The notes beneath the pieces are model-generated. The model saw nothing but the letters and a program-made list of their open reading frames with translations, did no database searches and was not told the DNA's origin. From Candidatus Micrarchaeia archaeon (lineage in GTDB: Archaea > Micrarchaeota > Micrarchaeia > CABMEP01), in assembly GCA_038881595.1 (NCBI GenBank), contig JAVZPM010000002.1, positions 64,001 through 128,000 of the forward strand: 64,000 bases of DNA, given 5' to 3'. Positions 1 through 10,502 of the stretch are shown here, in pieces. The stretch's first letter is position 1. The number at the start of each line of letters is the position of its first letter. The translations under genes and the position numbers were made by a program.

Positions 1-2
1 CT

Positions 3-521
3 CTCCCACTAGTTGTTTTGGCAGTGTCTACATTTATTGCATTTTCAGTTACTCTTCGAGATAATATTACTGTACAAGAATATGCCTACATAATTGCAAA
101 AGATGCAATAAATGTTTTAATCGATTCAAACCCACAGCATATCGGGGGATCTGGAGATAATTCATTTGCTTATATAATTGCGCAGAATATTGTTGATTCA
201 GATTTAAATAGCGCAAACAGTACTGCATCTGTTATCGATTCCATTGTTCCTTCTAATGCAGCGTATATACTTGAATATAAATCCGCTTCTGATAACCAAT
301 GGAAAGAGATAAGGATTTTAGACAGAGGGAACAAGATAGCGCAAAACAAATATTCAATTCAGGTCTCAAGTACAAGGTTAATCGCAGATATCTCGCAACC
401 AAGACTTAATCCAAGTGGCGACTGTCCAAGTGAAATAGTATGTTCTTTCCCATCAATATCACAGTATACACCAGGTTCAACAGTTGGTCCACTACTACTC
501 AGGATAAGGGTATTCATATAA
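3..521 (+). CDS. Secreted/pilin-cluster protein, 5' truncated by window edge
   Basis: Frame is open to the window edge (LPLVVLAVSTFIAF hydrophobic stretch); co-oriented with downstream class III signal peptide genes. Confidence 0.6.
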   Translation, partial: LPLVVLAVSTFIAFSVTLRDNITVQEYAYIIAKDAINVLIDSNPQHIGGSGDNSFAYIIAQNIVDSDLNSANSTASVIDSIVPSNAAYILEYKSASDNQWKEIRILDRGNKIAQNKYSIQVSSTRLIADISQPRLNPSGDCPSEIVCSFPSISQYTPGSTVGPLLLRIRVFI

Positions 522-549
522 TAAATATATTCAAAGGATAAGTGTTTAT

Positions 550-1968
550 ATGTTAGGAAAAGAAAATTTCAAAACAAAAAAATCAAAAATGCAATATAGT
601 AAGCAGAGAAAGGGATTTGTATTTACAATCCTAACCTTAGTTATAATAGTATTCATGATTATAGAACTTAACATATATTTCAGGACATACGAATTGAAAC
701 TTGCTAATGAGCCAACGAAATTAAGGCTTCAGGTAATACAGGATTTCATAAGAGCATATTCTCCAAACTATTTCAATGAAACTGCATATTCTTTCATTTA
801 TTCCTCTTTATATGAACTTAACAAAGATTCAATCCAATATCCACCATCCCAATCAAGTTTAGCTGAATTAATTTGGAATATATCTTATTCAGGAAAGAGA
901 ACAGACAGCCGTACAGTACAGCTAATAGATCAGACTAAAACACTATCATCTTATGATTCAAATCTATCTGCTCTTGCAAAGTCAATGAATATTGATTTGG
1001 TTGTTAATTATAAGGATTTCAACATCACACAAATAGATTATTGGACTGTACAGTACAATTTTACAATTGCAGTTTCAATAAATGATAAAGCATCCAGTAC
1101 AAGTGTTAAGTTCACTTCTCCTATTTCATTAAACATCTCAATAATTGGATTTGAAGATCCTTGGCTCGCAAGAATGGGATTCAGAAATAAGAGTATAATA
1201 CCTGTAGATCAGATTCAGATTGATCAGATAAGGCCTTCCCTTTTAATGAACGGGACAAGAGGAAGAGGATGGTTTTATGGCGAACCAATAATAGTGACAA
1301 GCTGTCCTTCTGCTGATTTTGAATTCAGTGATTCTTTCTTAGAGAATAAGACCAAGATAATGGTTACAGACAACACAGGAGTTGCTAGGGAATGCGGTCA
1401 GCTTTTTGGAGCAGTTATAGTAGTATCTGATCAAAACGCAAACACAAATCCATTTGTTGGATTAGATGTCCCATTATTCATAAACTCTTCAGCAAAAATC
1501 TCAGATATTCCAAGGCAACCTATCTTAATAGTTTCAGATAACGATACAGTAATAACAGATGACAGTTCAGGTCATTATCATTACATGCTTGACATAAACA
1601 ATCTAAGAAGTGGAATAGAATGCGGAAGATATTTTGTAAGGCCATATAATAATTATGGCTATCTAAGAAGGCTCACAAACAACGTTACTGGAGTTTTTGA
1701 TGAATTTGGTATAGAAACCATTCTGTCAGGTACAACACAAGCAATCCCAACTTCGAGATCCTCTTATAGTTTTGTTGACAGAGAATACAACTCATCCATC
1801 CCCGGTAATCTAATTAAGGGTCTTCCAGGTTGCAGTAATCAATTGATATGCAATTATACAAAGGATTATCATTCTTCTTCAATACCTTATCCGACACGAT
1901 TAAGTACGGATGCAGCTAGATATTATTTAGGTTTATTTAACTCCTCAATGATTATAAAAAGAGATTAG
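550..1968 (+). CDS. Large class III signal peptide (pilin-like) surface protein
   Basis: KQRKG|FVFTILTLVII motif then hydrophobic helix; many N-x-S/T sequons. Confidence 0.7.
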   Translation: MLGKENFKTKKSKMQYSKQRKGFVFTILTLVIIVFMIIELNIYFRTYELKLANEPTKLRLQVIQDFIRAYSPNYFNETAYSFIYSSLYELNKDSIQYPPSQSSLAELIWNISYSGKRTDSRTVQLIDQTKTLSSYDSNLSALAKSMNIDLVVNYKDFNITQIDYWTVQYNFTIAVSINDKASSTSVKFTSPISLNISIIGFEDPWLARMGFRNKSIIPVDQIQIDQIRPSLLMNGTRGRGWFYGEPIIVTSCPSADFEFSDSFLENKTKIMVTDNTGVARECGQLFGAVIVVSDQNANTNPFVGLDVPLFINSSAKISDIPRQPILIVSDNDTVITDDSSGHYHYMLDINNLRSGIECGRYFVRPYNNYGYLRRLTNNVTGVFDEFGIETILSGTTQAIPTSRSSYSFVDREYNSSIPGNLIKGLPGCSNQLICNYTKDYHSSSIPYPTRLSTDAARYYLGLFNSSMIIKRD

Positions 1969-1969
1969 G

Positions 1970-2422
1970 ATGATAACAATGGGAAATGAATTGTTGTTTA
2001 AAGGTCAAATAATGCTTGAAACTCTAATAATAGTCTCATTCCTCTTGCTTATCCTAATTCCTACTGTAATTTACATCTTGTCTGTTCTTTCCACCGAGTC
2101 ATGGAAGACAGATGCAAATCAAGCATATTCAACATTGACAAAAATCGTTTCGATATCTAACAAGCTAGCAATGCTAGGCAATGGTTCATCTTCTTATGAA
2201 TCTATATTTCTTCCATCAAGCACTCAACGAATGAATGTATCAAGTGATGGAAGAGAAATCTTCATTACTTTAAAAGGACCTAAATCAGATGATTTGCAAG
2301 TTGTTGCTTTAAGTCCAGTCATTATAAGATTGAATTCAACTCAAGACTGGACCAATATTAAAGGAGCACAAACACTTATGTTTGTTGTTCAAGATGGAGA
2401 GGTAATAATATCAAAAACATAA
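1970..2422 (+). CDS. Type IV pilin-like protein (class III signal peptide)
   Basis: FKG|QIMLE (Q+1, E+5) followed by hydrophobic helix. Confidence 0.8.
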   Translation: MITMGNELLFKGQIMLETLIIVSFLLLILIPTVIYILSVLSTESWKTDANQAYSTLTKIVSISNKLAMLGNGSSSYESIFLPSSTQRMNVSSDGREIFITLKGPKSDDLQVVALSPVIIRLNSTQDWTNIKGAQTLMFVVQDGEVIISKT

Positions 2423-2495
2423 TATATTCTAATAGAAAGATTAGTAATTTGAATATCAGAATTAGCAATGTTTATTTTATTAATGGTGTGGTTTC

Positions 2496-2948
2496 ATGAA
2501 GAAAATTAATAATCTCGTAAAAAAAGGACAAGTTGCATTTGAATTCCTTCTCATTTATAGCTTTTTCATATTTGTATTTCTTTCTTCGCTTTATATAATC
2601 TCTGGACAGGCAGTTCAACAACAAAGGTATGCAGAAGGATTGTATGCGAGAGAATTTATTGTAACAATTGCAGATGAGATAAACGCAGCAGCTATGATTG
2701 AAGGCTACGAAAAGAATTTAAATATTCCAACTACAATGAGCAGCGTCCCATATCAACTATATGTATATAAAGGTATGATTGGATTAAATTACAGCTCAAT
2801 AACGAATATAGATCTACTATATCCTTTAGCAACAGATAAAGTATTTGTAAATGGAGTAGATACATCTAAGTACATTGGATATATTAATACAGCAAAAGGA
2901 AAGTTAAAAATAATAAGCTCACAGGGCATGGTGATCTTAAATGACTAA
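2496..2948 (+). CDS. Type IV pilin-like protein (class III signal peptide)
   Basis: KKG|QVAFE (Q+1, E+5) followed by hydrophobic helix. Confidence 0.8.
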   Translation: MKKINNLVKKGQVAFEFLLIYSFFIFVFLSSLYIISGQAVQQQRYAEGLYAREFIVTIADEINAAAMIEGYEKNLNIPTTMSSVPYQLYVYKGMIGLNYSSITNIDLLYPLATDKVFVNGVDTSKYIGYINTAKGKLKIISSQGMVILND

Positions 2949-3453
2949 AATTTTTAATTCAAATGAAAACAAAATAAAATACAGAACTAAAAAAGGCCAG
3001 TTTTTTTCGTATGATGCGATAGTAGCTGGAATACTTTTCATTCTTCTTTTGACAATACTTTATAATTATTGGAATTCATTAAGAACAACAGTTTCAATAA
3101 GGATTGATGATTCATCAAGAATTGCATTAAGTGTTTCGAACATGCTTCTGACACCTGGTTATCCTTTAAATTGGAATTCATCTAACTTTAATCAGATAGG
3201 ATTAACAGAAAACTATAATACAATAAAACTTAATGAAGCAAAGGTTTCAAATCTCACTCTTATTTCTTATATAAATTATGAATTGATGAAAGAAAGGCTG
3301 GGGGTAGGACCTTATGAGATATATATTACAATCGGAGATGAAAGAATAGGCAATGCTCCTTTAAATCCGACATCCAAGGTCACAATAACAAGGCCAGCCA
3401 TATATAAGGATAGATTAGAAAATTTATCCGTAACTATTTGGAGTACAAAATGA
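2941..3453 (+). CDS. Type IV pilin-like protein (class III signal peptide)
   Basis: KKG|QFFSYD followed by hydrophobic helix; overlaps previous stop. Confidence 0.75.
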   Translation: MTKIFNSNENKIKYRTKKGQFFSYDAIVAGILFILLLTILYNYWNSLRTTVSIRIDDSSRIALSVSNMLLTPGYPLNWNSSNFNQIGLTENYNTIKLNEAKVSNLTLISYINYELMKERLGVGPYEIYITIGDERIGNAPLNPTSKVTITRPAIYKDRLENLSVTIWSTK

Positions 3454-3479
3454 TTTTTTGTATTTAGACTTATTTGGAC

Positions 3480-3986
3480 TTACTTATCTTTTTCTTTATT
3501 TAAAAAGAATTTCATTCTGTCTATTAATCCTATATTTTCATTTTTTCTAGATTCTGCTTCGATTTCATCTTTGACATTTGTTTTTTGACTCGTTTCTTCT
3601 ATTTTTACTTTATCTTCTTCGTTCTTTCTTTTATATTCAGAGTAAAACTTTTCAACTGTTCTCCTGTTGACATAATCGTGCTGCCTGAATCCTCCTCCGA
3701 ATGATTTAGGTATGTGCAGCAACTCATGAATCAATACTTTCGTTCTTTCTTCTTCATTCATTTTGTCGAATCTCTCACTAATTACCTCTATAACATAAAA
3801 AGGATCTGTATTCATCCCAAGTTGCATCACTTTCGGTAGTCCATGACATCTAGCAATTACTCTTCTTGAGTTAGTTCCATAGCTTCTAAAACAAGCAATC
3901 CTCTCTATGTTTACATAGTTGATATTTAGTTTTTCAACTATGTCTTTTATCTTTTCTTCCAAGTCCCTTGCTCTTTCGTATTTCAT
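3480..3986 (-). CDS. Putative zinc metallopeptidase
   Basis: HELLH (HExxH) motif followed by PKSFGGGFRQHD. Confidence 0.75.
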   Translation of the reverse strand: MKYERARDLEEKIKDIVEKLNINYVNIERIACFRSYGTNSRRVIARCHGLPKVMQLGMNTDPFYVIEVISERFDKMNEEERTKVLIHELLHIPKSFGGGFRQHDYVNRRTVEKFYSEYKRKNEEDKVKIEETSQKTNVKDEIEAESRKNENIGLIDRMKFFLNKEKDK

Positions 3987-4061
3987 AAAATAAGATTTGA
4001 TGTAAATGATTTTAAATCTAGAGTTAATTTTATTTCCAATAAGATGAGTTTAAAATATGAT

Positions 4062-4511
4062 TTACCAGTTTGGATATTTGGATTTTAGTTCATTAAGATA
4101 AAATTTATATGCTTCAATAGAATCCATATTGTGGTTTCTTGTGAATCTTTCATTCATTTTATGTGGATTCAGCATTGCATTTATTGTCTTCAACAATGCC
4201 ATCTCTTCTATTGTTATTTTTTCATTCCTATTGACGATCTTCTTTCTTATTATCTGAAGAGAAGGATTCCAGGCCATATGAAAATTTTTAACACACCATC
4301 GTGCGCCACGATCAATTAGTATATTAACTATTTTTTCTGCTATATATCCGTTTTCTAGTCTTTCACTTTTATTTATTCTACCTCTACTTTCTTCTAACCT
4401 TTTTATCAAAGGCAAGAAGTCAATTATCTCTAGTTTATCCTGATGGGGCTCGCCAAAATTCTTATTCGATTTGGATGCATTACCGTCTTCCATGAATCTG
4501 AATTTTTCCAT
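4062..4511 (-). CDS. Hypothetical protein
   Basis: ORF; start moved to ATG at 4511 to avoid overlapping ppdK; no recognisable motif. Confidence 0.5.
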   Translation of the reverse strand: MEKFRFMEDGNASKSNKNFGEPHQDKLEIIDFLPLIKRLEESRGRINKSERLENGYIAEKIVNILIDRGARWCVKNFHMAWNPSLQIIRKKIVNRNEKITIEEMALLKTINAMLNPHKMNERFTRNHNMDSIEAYKFYLNELKSKYPNW

Positions 4512-4629
4512 AAAACCACATATAAAGCCATCATAATATTTATAGAATTTAAAACATTCAATCTTTATATTTCTTTCTATTTTATTATTATTGCTTATTT
4601 TATACAATTTAGATTTGAAAGTGATTATT

Positions 4630-7284
4630 ATGGCAAAAATAAAAGAGGTATATCTGTTTAAAGAAGGTTCAAGCAAGATGAGGCAAATACTTGGGGGTAA
4701 AGGTTGTGAATTGTCTGAGATGACAAGAATCGGATTGCCAGTTCCACCTGGAATTGTAATAACTACAGAACAGTGTCTTATTTATCAGAAGACCAAGAAA
4801 ATCTCAAAAGATCTTGAAAATAAAATATTTAAAGCACTTTCAAGTGTTGAGAAGCAAGTTGGTAAGAAGTTTGGAGACGAAAAAAATCCACTTTTAATTT
4901 CAGTAAGATCCGGAGCACCAGTTTCAATGCCAGGTATGATGGATACGATTTTAAATCTAGGATTAAACGATAAGACAGTCATAGGTTTTGCAAAAAATAC
5001 AAATGAAAGAACAGCTTATGATGCATATAGAAGATTGATACAGATGTTCGGAGAGGTTGTTCTTGGAATCAAGAAAGAAAAATTTGATAAAATATTTGAT
5101 TCTGTAAAGGAAGAGCATGGAAGAAAGCAGGATATAGAATTAAGTGTTGATGAGCTTAAAGAGATAATTTCAAAATACAAGCATCTTGTTCATCAAGAAA
5201 CTGGAAAGGAATTTCCAGACGATCCAAGAAAGCAGCTTTTAATGGCTGTGGAAGCAGTGTTTAACTCTTGGAACAATCCAAGAGCGATAACTTACAGAAA
5301 CTTGTATAATATTCCACACGAGATGGGAACTGCAGTAGTCATCCAAGCAATGGTGTTTGGAAATAGTGGAGAAAAGAGTGGTACTGGAGTTGCATTTACA
5401 AGAAATCCATCAACGGGTGAGAAAAAGCTTTATGGCGAATATCTAATTAATGCACAAGGAGAGGATGTAGTTGCAGGAATAAGAACACCACAACCTATAG
5501 AAAAAATGAAAAAAGAATTGCCACAGGCCTACAAAGAATTAGAAAAAATAGCAAAGCTTCTTGAAAAACACTATAGAGAAATGCAGGATATGGAGTTTAC
5601 AATTGAAAATGGAAAGTTATGGATGCTCCAGACAAGAGCAGGTAAGAGAACTGCAGCTGCAGCTGTAAAGATTGCAGTAGATATGGTCAAAGAAAAACTA
5701 ATAACAAAGGAAGAGGCAATAATGAGAGTTTCGCCCTCTCAGATAGATCAGTTGCTACATAGACAAATAGATCCAAGTGTTAAAGTCAATCCGATTGCAA
5801 AAGGATTGCCTGCAAGCCCAGGTGCAGCAACTGGAAAGATTGTATTTACAGCAGATGAAGCTGCAGAAAAAGGTAAGAAGGAAAAGGTAATTCTTGTTGC
5901 AGTTGAAACCACTCCAGATGACATCCATGGTATGATCGCATCTCAAGGAATTCTTACCAGCAGAGGAGGAATGACTTGTCATGCAGCAGTGGTAGCAAGA
6001 GGTCTAGGTCTACCATCAGTTGTAGGATGCGAGGCTGCAAAAGTAGATATCGATAAGAAAATACTTACAATAAACGGAAAGGTATTCAAAGAAGGAGATT
6101 TGATCACTATTGATGGTTCAACAGGGAATGTGATAGAGGGAGAGGTAAAATTAGTTGAGCCATCAATCTCAGGTGAATTCGATGTATTTTTGAACTGGTG
6201 CGATTCAGTTGCAAGGATGAAAGTAAGAGCGAATGCAGACACTCCTTCTGCTGCAAAAGGAGCACGCAACTTTGGGGCAAAAGGAATTGGGTTATGCAGA
6301 ACAGAAAGAATGTTCAACGATCCAGAGAGACTTCCTTTTGTACAAAAGATGATTCTCTCAGAGACAGCAGAGGAGAGAAAGAAATGGCTAGCAAAGCTTA
6401 AGGAATTTCAGGTTAAGGATTTCTATGAGATTTTCCTTGCAATGGATGGTTTGCCAGTAACTGTCCGTTTGCTAGATCCACCACTTCATGAATTTCTGCC
6501 TAAGCTCGAAGAATTGCTTGCAGAAATAGCAGAACTCAGTTCAAAGAAGGTTGATGAAAGAGTTATTGAGGAGAAGCAGGCAATGCTTAAGAAGGTAAGA
6601 GAGCTGCAGGAATTCAATCCAATGTTAGGCCATAGAGGATCAAGATTAGGAATCACTTATCCAGAGATTTACGAAATGCAAGTCTCTGCAATATTTGAAG
6701 CAGTTGCAAGATTAAAGAAAGAGAAAAAGAATCCAATCGTAGAAGTGATGGTTCCATTGATAGGAAACATCAATGAACTAAAGATATTAAAGCCAATAAT
6801 AAAGAAGACTGCTGATGAAATATTAGAAAGAGAAAAAGTAAAACTAAATTATACGATTGGAACAATGATAGAGATCCCAAGAGCTGCATTAACAGCAGAT
6901 GAAATAGCACAAGAGGCAGAGTTCTTCTCATTTGGAACCAATGACCTTACTCAAACAACACTTGGATTTAGCAGAGATGATGCAGAGGCCAAATTCTTGC
7001 AGCTTTATCTCAATAAAGGAATTTACAAGTCTAATCCATTTGAAGTAATAGATTATGGGGTAGGAAAGCTTGTGGACATGGCAGTTAAGCTTGGAAGATC
7101 TACAAGAAAGAACCTTAAGGTCGGAGTATGTGGAGAAACAGGTGGAGAACCTACTTCAATCAAATTTTATCATGATGTAGGATTAGATTATGTAAGCTGC
7201 TCTCAATACAGAGTTCCAATTGCAAGATTGGCTTGCGCTCAGGCAGCTTTAGCAGAAAAAATGAAAGTGAAAAATGCAGAATGA
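4630..7284 (+). CDS. ppdK: Pyruvate, phosphate dikinase
   Basis: LGGKG, SVRSGAPVSMPGMMDT, GGMTCHAAVVARG (phospho-His), GIGLCRTE, SFGTNDLTQ motifs. Confidence 0.97.
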   Translation: MAKIKEVYLFKEGSSKMRQILGGKGCELSEMTRIGLPVPPGIVITTEQCLIYQKTKKISKDLENKIFKALSSVEKQVGKKFGDEKNPLLISVRSGAPVSMPGMMDTILNLGLNDKTVIGFAKNTNERTAYDAYRRLIQMFGEVVLGIKKEKFDKIFDSVKEEHGRKQDIELSVDELKEIISKYKHLVHQETGKEFPDDPRKQLLMAVEAVFNSWNNPRAITYRNLYNIPHEMGTAVVIQAMVFGNSGEKSGTGVAFTRNPSTGEKKLYGEYLINAQGEDVVAGIRTPQPIEKMKKELPQAYKELEKIAKLLEKHYREMQDMEFTIENGKLWMLQTRAGKRTAAAAVKIAVDMVKEKLITKEEAIMRVSPSQIDQLLHRQIDPSVKVNPIAKGLPASPGAATGKIVFTADEAAEKGKKEKVILVAVETTPDDIHGMIASQGILTSRGGMTCHAAVVARGLGLPSVVGCEAAKVDIDKKILTINGKVFKEGDLITIDGSTGNVIEGEVKLVEPSISGEFDVFLNWCDSVARMKVRANADTPSAAKGARNFGAKGIGLCRTERMFNDPERLPFVQKMILSETAEERKKWLAKLKEFQVKDFYEIFLAMDGLPVTVRLLDPPLHEFLPKLEELLAEIAELSSKKVDERVIEEKQAMLKKVRELQEFNPMLGHRGSRLGITYPEIYEMQVSAIFEAVARLKKEKKNPIVEVMVPLIGNINELKILKPIIKKTADEILEREKVKLNYTIGTMIEIPRAALTADEIAQEAEFFSFGTNDLTQTTLGFSRDDAEAKFLQLYLNKGIYKSNPFEVIDYGVGKLVDMAVKLGRSTRKNLKVGVCGETGGEPTSIKFYHDVGLDYVSCSQYRVPIARLACAQAALAEKMKVKNAE

Positions 7285-7408
7285 ATGATAGATTCAAAAT
7301 GTTTGATAGATAATTTTTTTGTTTTTGTTTTTTATTTTAGTTATTTTTTTATTAGTCTTTATCTCTTTTATTTTTTATTTTCTTTCTTTTTTGTTGTCTA
7401 TTATCTTA

Positions 7409-8176
7409 TTATCTAACGTCTTCGTATTCCTGCTTCGACTTTCCAGTAAGGGTGTATTTTATTAGATTTGTGGCATGGAAGAAAAAGAACTTCTTGTATC
7501 CCCAGTGCTTGAGTCGCCTCGCTGAAGTATATGTTACTGCATCAACAAATCTTATCTTTCCTTTTTTCTTTATTCTGTTAAAGAGGTCTATGTCTTCTGC
7601 AGTTTTAAGATCAAGATTGAATCCTCCTATTTGATTAAAAGCGTCTTTTCTGACAGCCATGTTCATTCCTGCAACAGCAGGCTTTCCAATTAGATCAGTG
7701 AATCTTATATAAGGTGTGAATAATCTTGCCAGTATATTATCTATCTTGCTTCCATCTCTCATCAAAACTCTTCCATAAACAGCTACAACTTTTTCATCTT
7801 TAGAGAATGCATCCGCTATTTTCCTCAACCAATCCTTCTCTGCGATTGTGTCAGAATCAATAAATGCAATTATCTTTCCTTTAGCTATTTCAGCTCCCTT
7901 CTGTCTCTCTGCTGCTGCAGATCTCCTTTTTTCAATTATCACTTTGTCTGCATACTTTCTTGCAATTTCTCTTGTTTTATCTTCGCTGTTTCCGTCGCAT
8001 ACAATTATCTCTAAAGGTTTGTAAGATTGGTTCTTTAACGATTTTAAGCATGATTCTATATATTTCTCTTCATTCAATGCAGGAACTACAACACTTATTT
8101 CAAGCTTATTATTCGTCTTTCTTTTTTCTTTTTTTTCTTGCACCTTTTCATTATCTCTTTTTTTATCTTTTTTCAT
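7409..8176 (-). CDS. Glycosyltransferase family 2
   Basis: ISVVVPALNEE, IIVCDGNSED, AFIDSD, GGF...ED, TSARR motifs. Confidence 0.92.
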   Translation of the reverse strand: MKKDKKRDNEKVQEKKEKRKTNNKLEISVVVPALNEEKYIESCLKSLKNQSYKPLEIIVCDGNSEDKTREIARKYADKVIIEKRRSAAAERQKGAEIAKGKIIAFIDSDTIAEKDWLRKIADAFSKDEKVVAVYGRVLMRDGSKIDNILARLFTPYIRFTDLIGKPAVAGMNMAVRKDAFNQIGGFNLDLKTAEDIDLFNRIKKKGKIRFVDAVTYTSARRLKHWGYKKFFFFHATNLIKYTLTGKSKQEYEDVR

Positions 8177-8240
8177 TTAGGCACCTTAAAATTTTAAAAG
8201 AAAGATCGAATTAAAAATAAATAAAATAAAAACAGAAAAA

Positions 8241-10433
8241 TTAGTCCATAAAGTCCTTTGCTGTTGGAGGTTCTTTAGGTTCCCCTTTTCTTTCACGGAC
8301 TTTGGTTACTAATTCGTTCTGCAGTGAAGTTGGAACGAGCTCGTATCCTGCATATTCATGATACCAGATTGCTCTTCCCTGTGATGCAGATCTTAAATCA
8401 TTGGACATTCCAAATGTCTCTGATACTGGCAGCTTTGCCTTAACAGTGGATAAGTCTCCTTCCTGTCCAATCTCAAGTATTTCACCACGTCTTCCCTGCA
8501 ATGCAGTTATTATGTTTCCTGCATATTCCTGTGGTGATTGTACAAGGAATATTTGCTTAGGTTCCATGAGCCTTACTCCAGAGGTAAGCATGCTTGCATA
8601 GATAGGTCTTTTTATTGCAGGCATAATTTGTGCAGGACCTCTGTGTGCAGGATCTTCGTGAATTATTGCATCTGTTAACAATACCTTCACACCAACAACC
8701 TTTTCTTTTGCAAGAGGTCCCTTATCTACTGCTTCCTCGAATGCCTTGAGCACTAATTCCATAATTTCCTGCATGTACTGTACTCCTTTCGTTGCATCCA
8801 CAAGCACGCATCTGTTCTTTATGTCTAGGACCTTCTTTGCCTGATCTCTTTCCATTCCTGCCTCTACAAGCGCATCAACAATAGCCTTTCCTTTAGGTCT
8901 TCCCTCAGGAATCTTTCCTTCTACTATTGCATTGTAAACTCCTTCTTCAAGAGGTTCAACTTTTATCTTGAATTTGTTGTGTTTATTAGGTGATTTTCCT
9001 TCAAGTTCAGGCCCTGGTTTGAGTATTGTTTCTCTGTAAACCACGATTGGTGGTGATGTTTCTATTTCCACTCCTTTCTCCTTTGAAATTTTGTATTCTA
9101 CAATCTCAAGATGCAGTTCACCCATACCACTTATAAGGTGCTCACCGGTTTCCTGGTTGATCTCTACTTTAAGGGTTGGGTCTTCTTTTGACATCTGTCT
9201 TAGAACTTCAATTAACTTGACAAGATCTTTTGTGTTCTTTGCTTCTATAGACTTTGTAACTACAGGTTCAGAGTAGTGTTTTATCTGTTCGAATGGTTCA
9301 AAGTTCGGATTTTCACTTATTGTTTCTCCAACATAAAGATCTCTCAATCCCACTATCGCAGCAATGTTTCCTGCCGGCACTTCTTCTGCAGGGATTCTGT
9401 CTGGACCCATGTAAATTCCTACTTGTTGAACCTTTGCTGAAGTGTGTTTTGATGCAACAGTTAATTCTGTACCTTTTCTTACTGTTCCGCTGAATATTCT
9501 TGCAACTCCTACTTCTCCAGCATGCTTGTCTACAACCACACCGAATATAATTCCACATACCTTTGCATTAGGGTCAGTATTTAACATTGCCTTTCCATCT
9601 TCTGTGTTTAAATCACCGTGCCACAAGATTGGAATTCTATATACTTGTGCCTCTTGTGGGTTTGGAAGATGTTGGATTACCATTGTAAGAACGACCTCAT
9701 CTATTGGTGCCTTTTCAACCAATGTTTTGTGATCATTTTTAGTACACAACTCATATATATCTGTAAATTTAACTCCCTTTGACTTCATATATGCAAACGA
9801 TGTAGCCCACTTATTGAAAGCAGATCCGAAAGCAATGTTTCCTTTTTCTACATTTATCTTCCATTCATCTTTCTTGTCTGCAGGTGCATATTTGTCTATT
9901 AGCTTGTTTATATCTGTAATCAGTTTGACTAGTCTTTCTTGAGTCTGCTGTGGTGTGTATTTTAACTCATTGATTAATCTATCAATCTTATTAATGAATA
10001 CTGTTGGCTTTGATTTTTCCTTTAAAGCCTGTCTTAATACCGTTTCGGTTTGAGGCATAATACCTTCAACTGCGTCTACTACTAAAATAATTCCATCTAC
10101 CGCTCTCATTGCTCTTGTAACATGACCTCCGAAGTCTACGTGTCCTGGAGTGTCAATAAGATTGATGACATATGGCTCTCCGTTATACTCAAAACCGAGA
10201 GAGATGTTTGCAGATTTAATTGTAATTCCTCTCTTCTGTTCAAGTTCCTCAAAGTCCATGACTCTCTGTTCTCCTGCAAGCTCTTTGCTAATCAAGCCTG
10301 CCCTTGCTACTAGAGAATCTGCTAGTGTTGACTTACCATGATCTACGTGTGCCACTATAGCAATGTTTCTCACATACTTTAGATTTTTCATAATTTTCTG
10401 TACTTCTTCTACAACTAATTCTTTTCTTACCAT
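8241..10433 (-). CDS. fusA: Translation elongation factor EF-2
   Basis: AHVDHGKST, RGITI, DTPGHVDF, NKID; diphthamide loop HEDPAHRG. Confidence 0.98.
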   Translation of the reverse strand: MVRKELVVEEVQKIMKNLKYVRNIAIVAHVDHGKSTLADSLVARAGLISKELAGEQRVMDFEELEQKRGITIKSANISLGFEYNGEPYVINLIDTPGHVDFGGHVTRAMRAVDGIILVVDAVEGIMPQTETVLRQALKEKSKPTVFINKIDRLINELKYTPQQTQERLVKLITDINKLIDKYAPADKKDEWKINVEKGNIAFGSAFNKWATSFAYMKSKGVKFTDIYELCTKNDHKTLVEKAPIDEVVLTMVIQHLPNPQEAQVYRIPILWHGDLNTEDGKAMLNTDPNAKVCGIIFGVVVDKHAGEVGVARIFSGTVRKGTELTVASKHTSAKVQQVGIYMGPDRIPAEEVPAGNIAAIVGLRDLYVGETISENPNFEPFEQIKHYSEPVVTKSIEAKNTKDLVKLIEVLRQMSKEDPTLKVEINQETGEHLISGMGELHLEIVEYKISKEKGVEIETSPPIVVYRETILKPGPELEGKSPNKHNKFKIKVEPLEEGVYNAIVEGKIPEGRPKGKAIVDALVEAGMERDQAKKVLDIKNRCVLVDATKGVQYMQEIMELVLKAFEEAVDKGPLAKEKVVGVKVLLTDAIIHEDPAHRGPAQIMPAIKRPIYASMLTSGVRLMEPKQIFLVQSPQEYAGNIITALQGRRGEILEIGQEGDLSTVKAKLPVSETFGMSNDLRSASQGRAIWYHEYAGYELVPTSLQNELVTKVRERKGEPKEPPTAKDFMD

Positions 10434-10467
10434 AATACCTACCTTTATATCAATATAAATGAGAAAA

Positions 10468-10483
10468 GCGAGCGAAAGCCCGC
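10468..10483 (-). terminator. GC-rich intercistronic hairpin followed by U-rich tract (rps7-fusA)
   Basis: Minus strand GCGGGC-UUUC-GCUCGC then UUUUCUCAUUU. Confidence 0.4.
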
Positions 10484-10502
10484 ATGAAAATAAAAGAAGA
10501 AT

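Noticed and set aside
7285..7408. Long T-rich low-complexity tract
   Set aside because: Ordinary archaeal oligo-T terminator region between convergent genes
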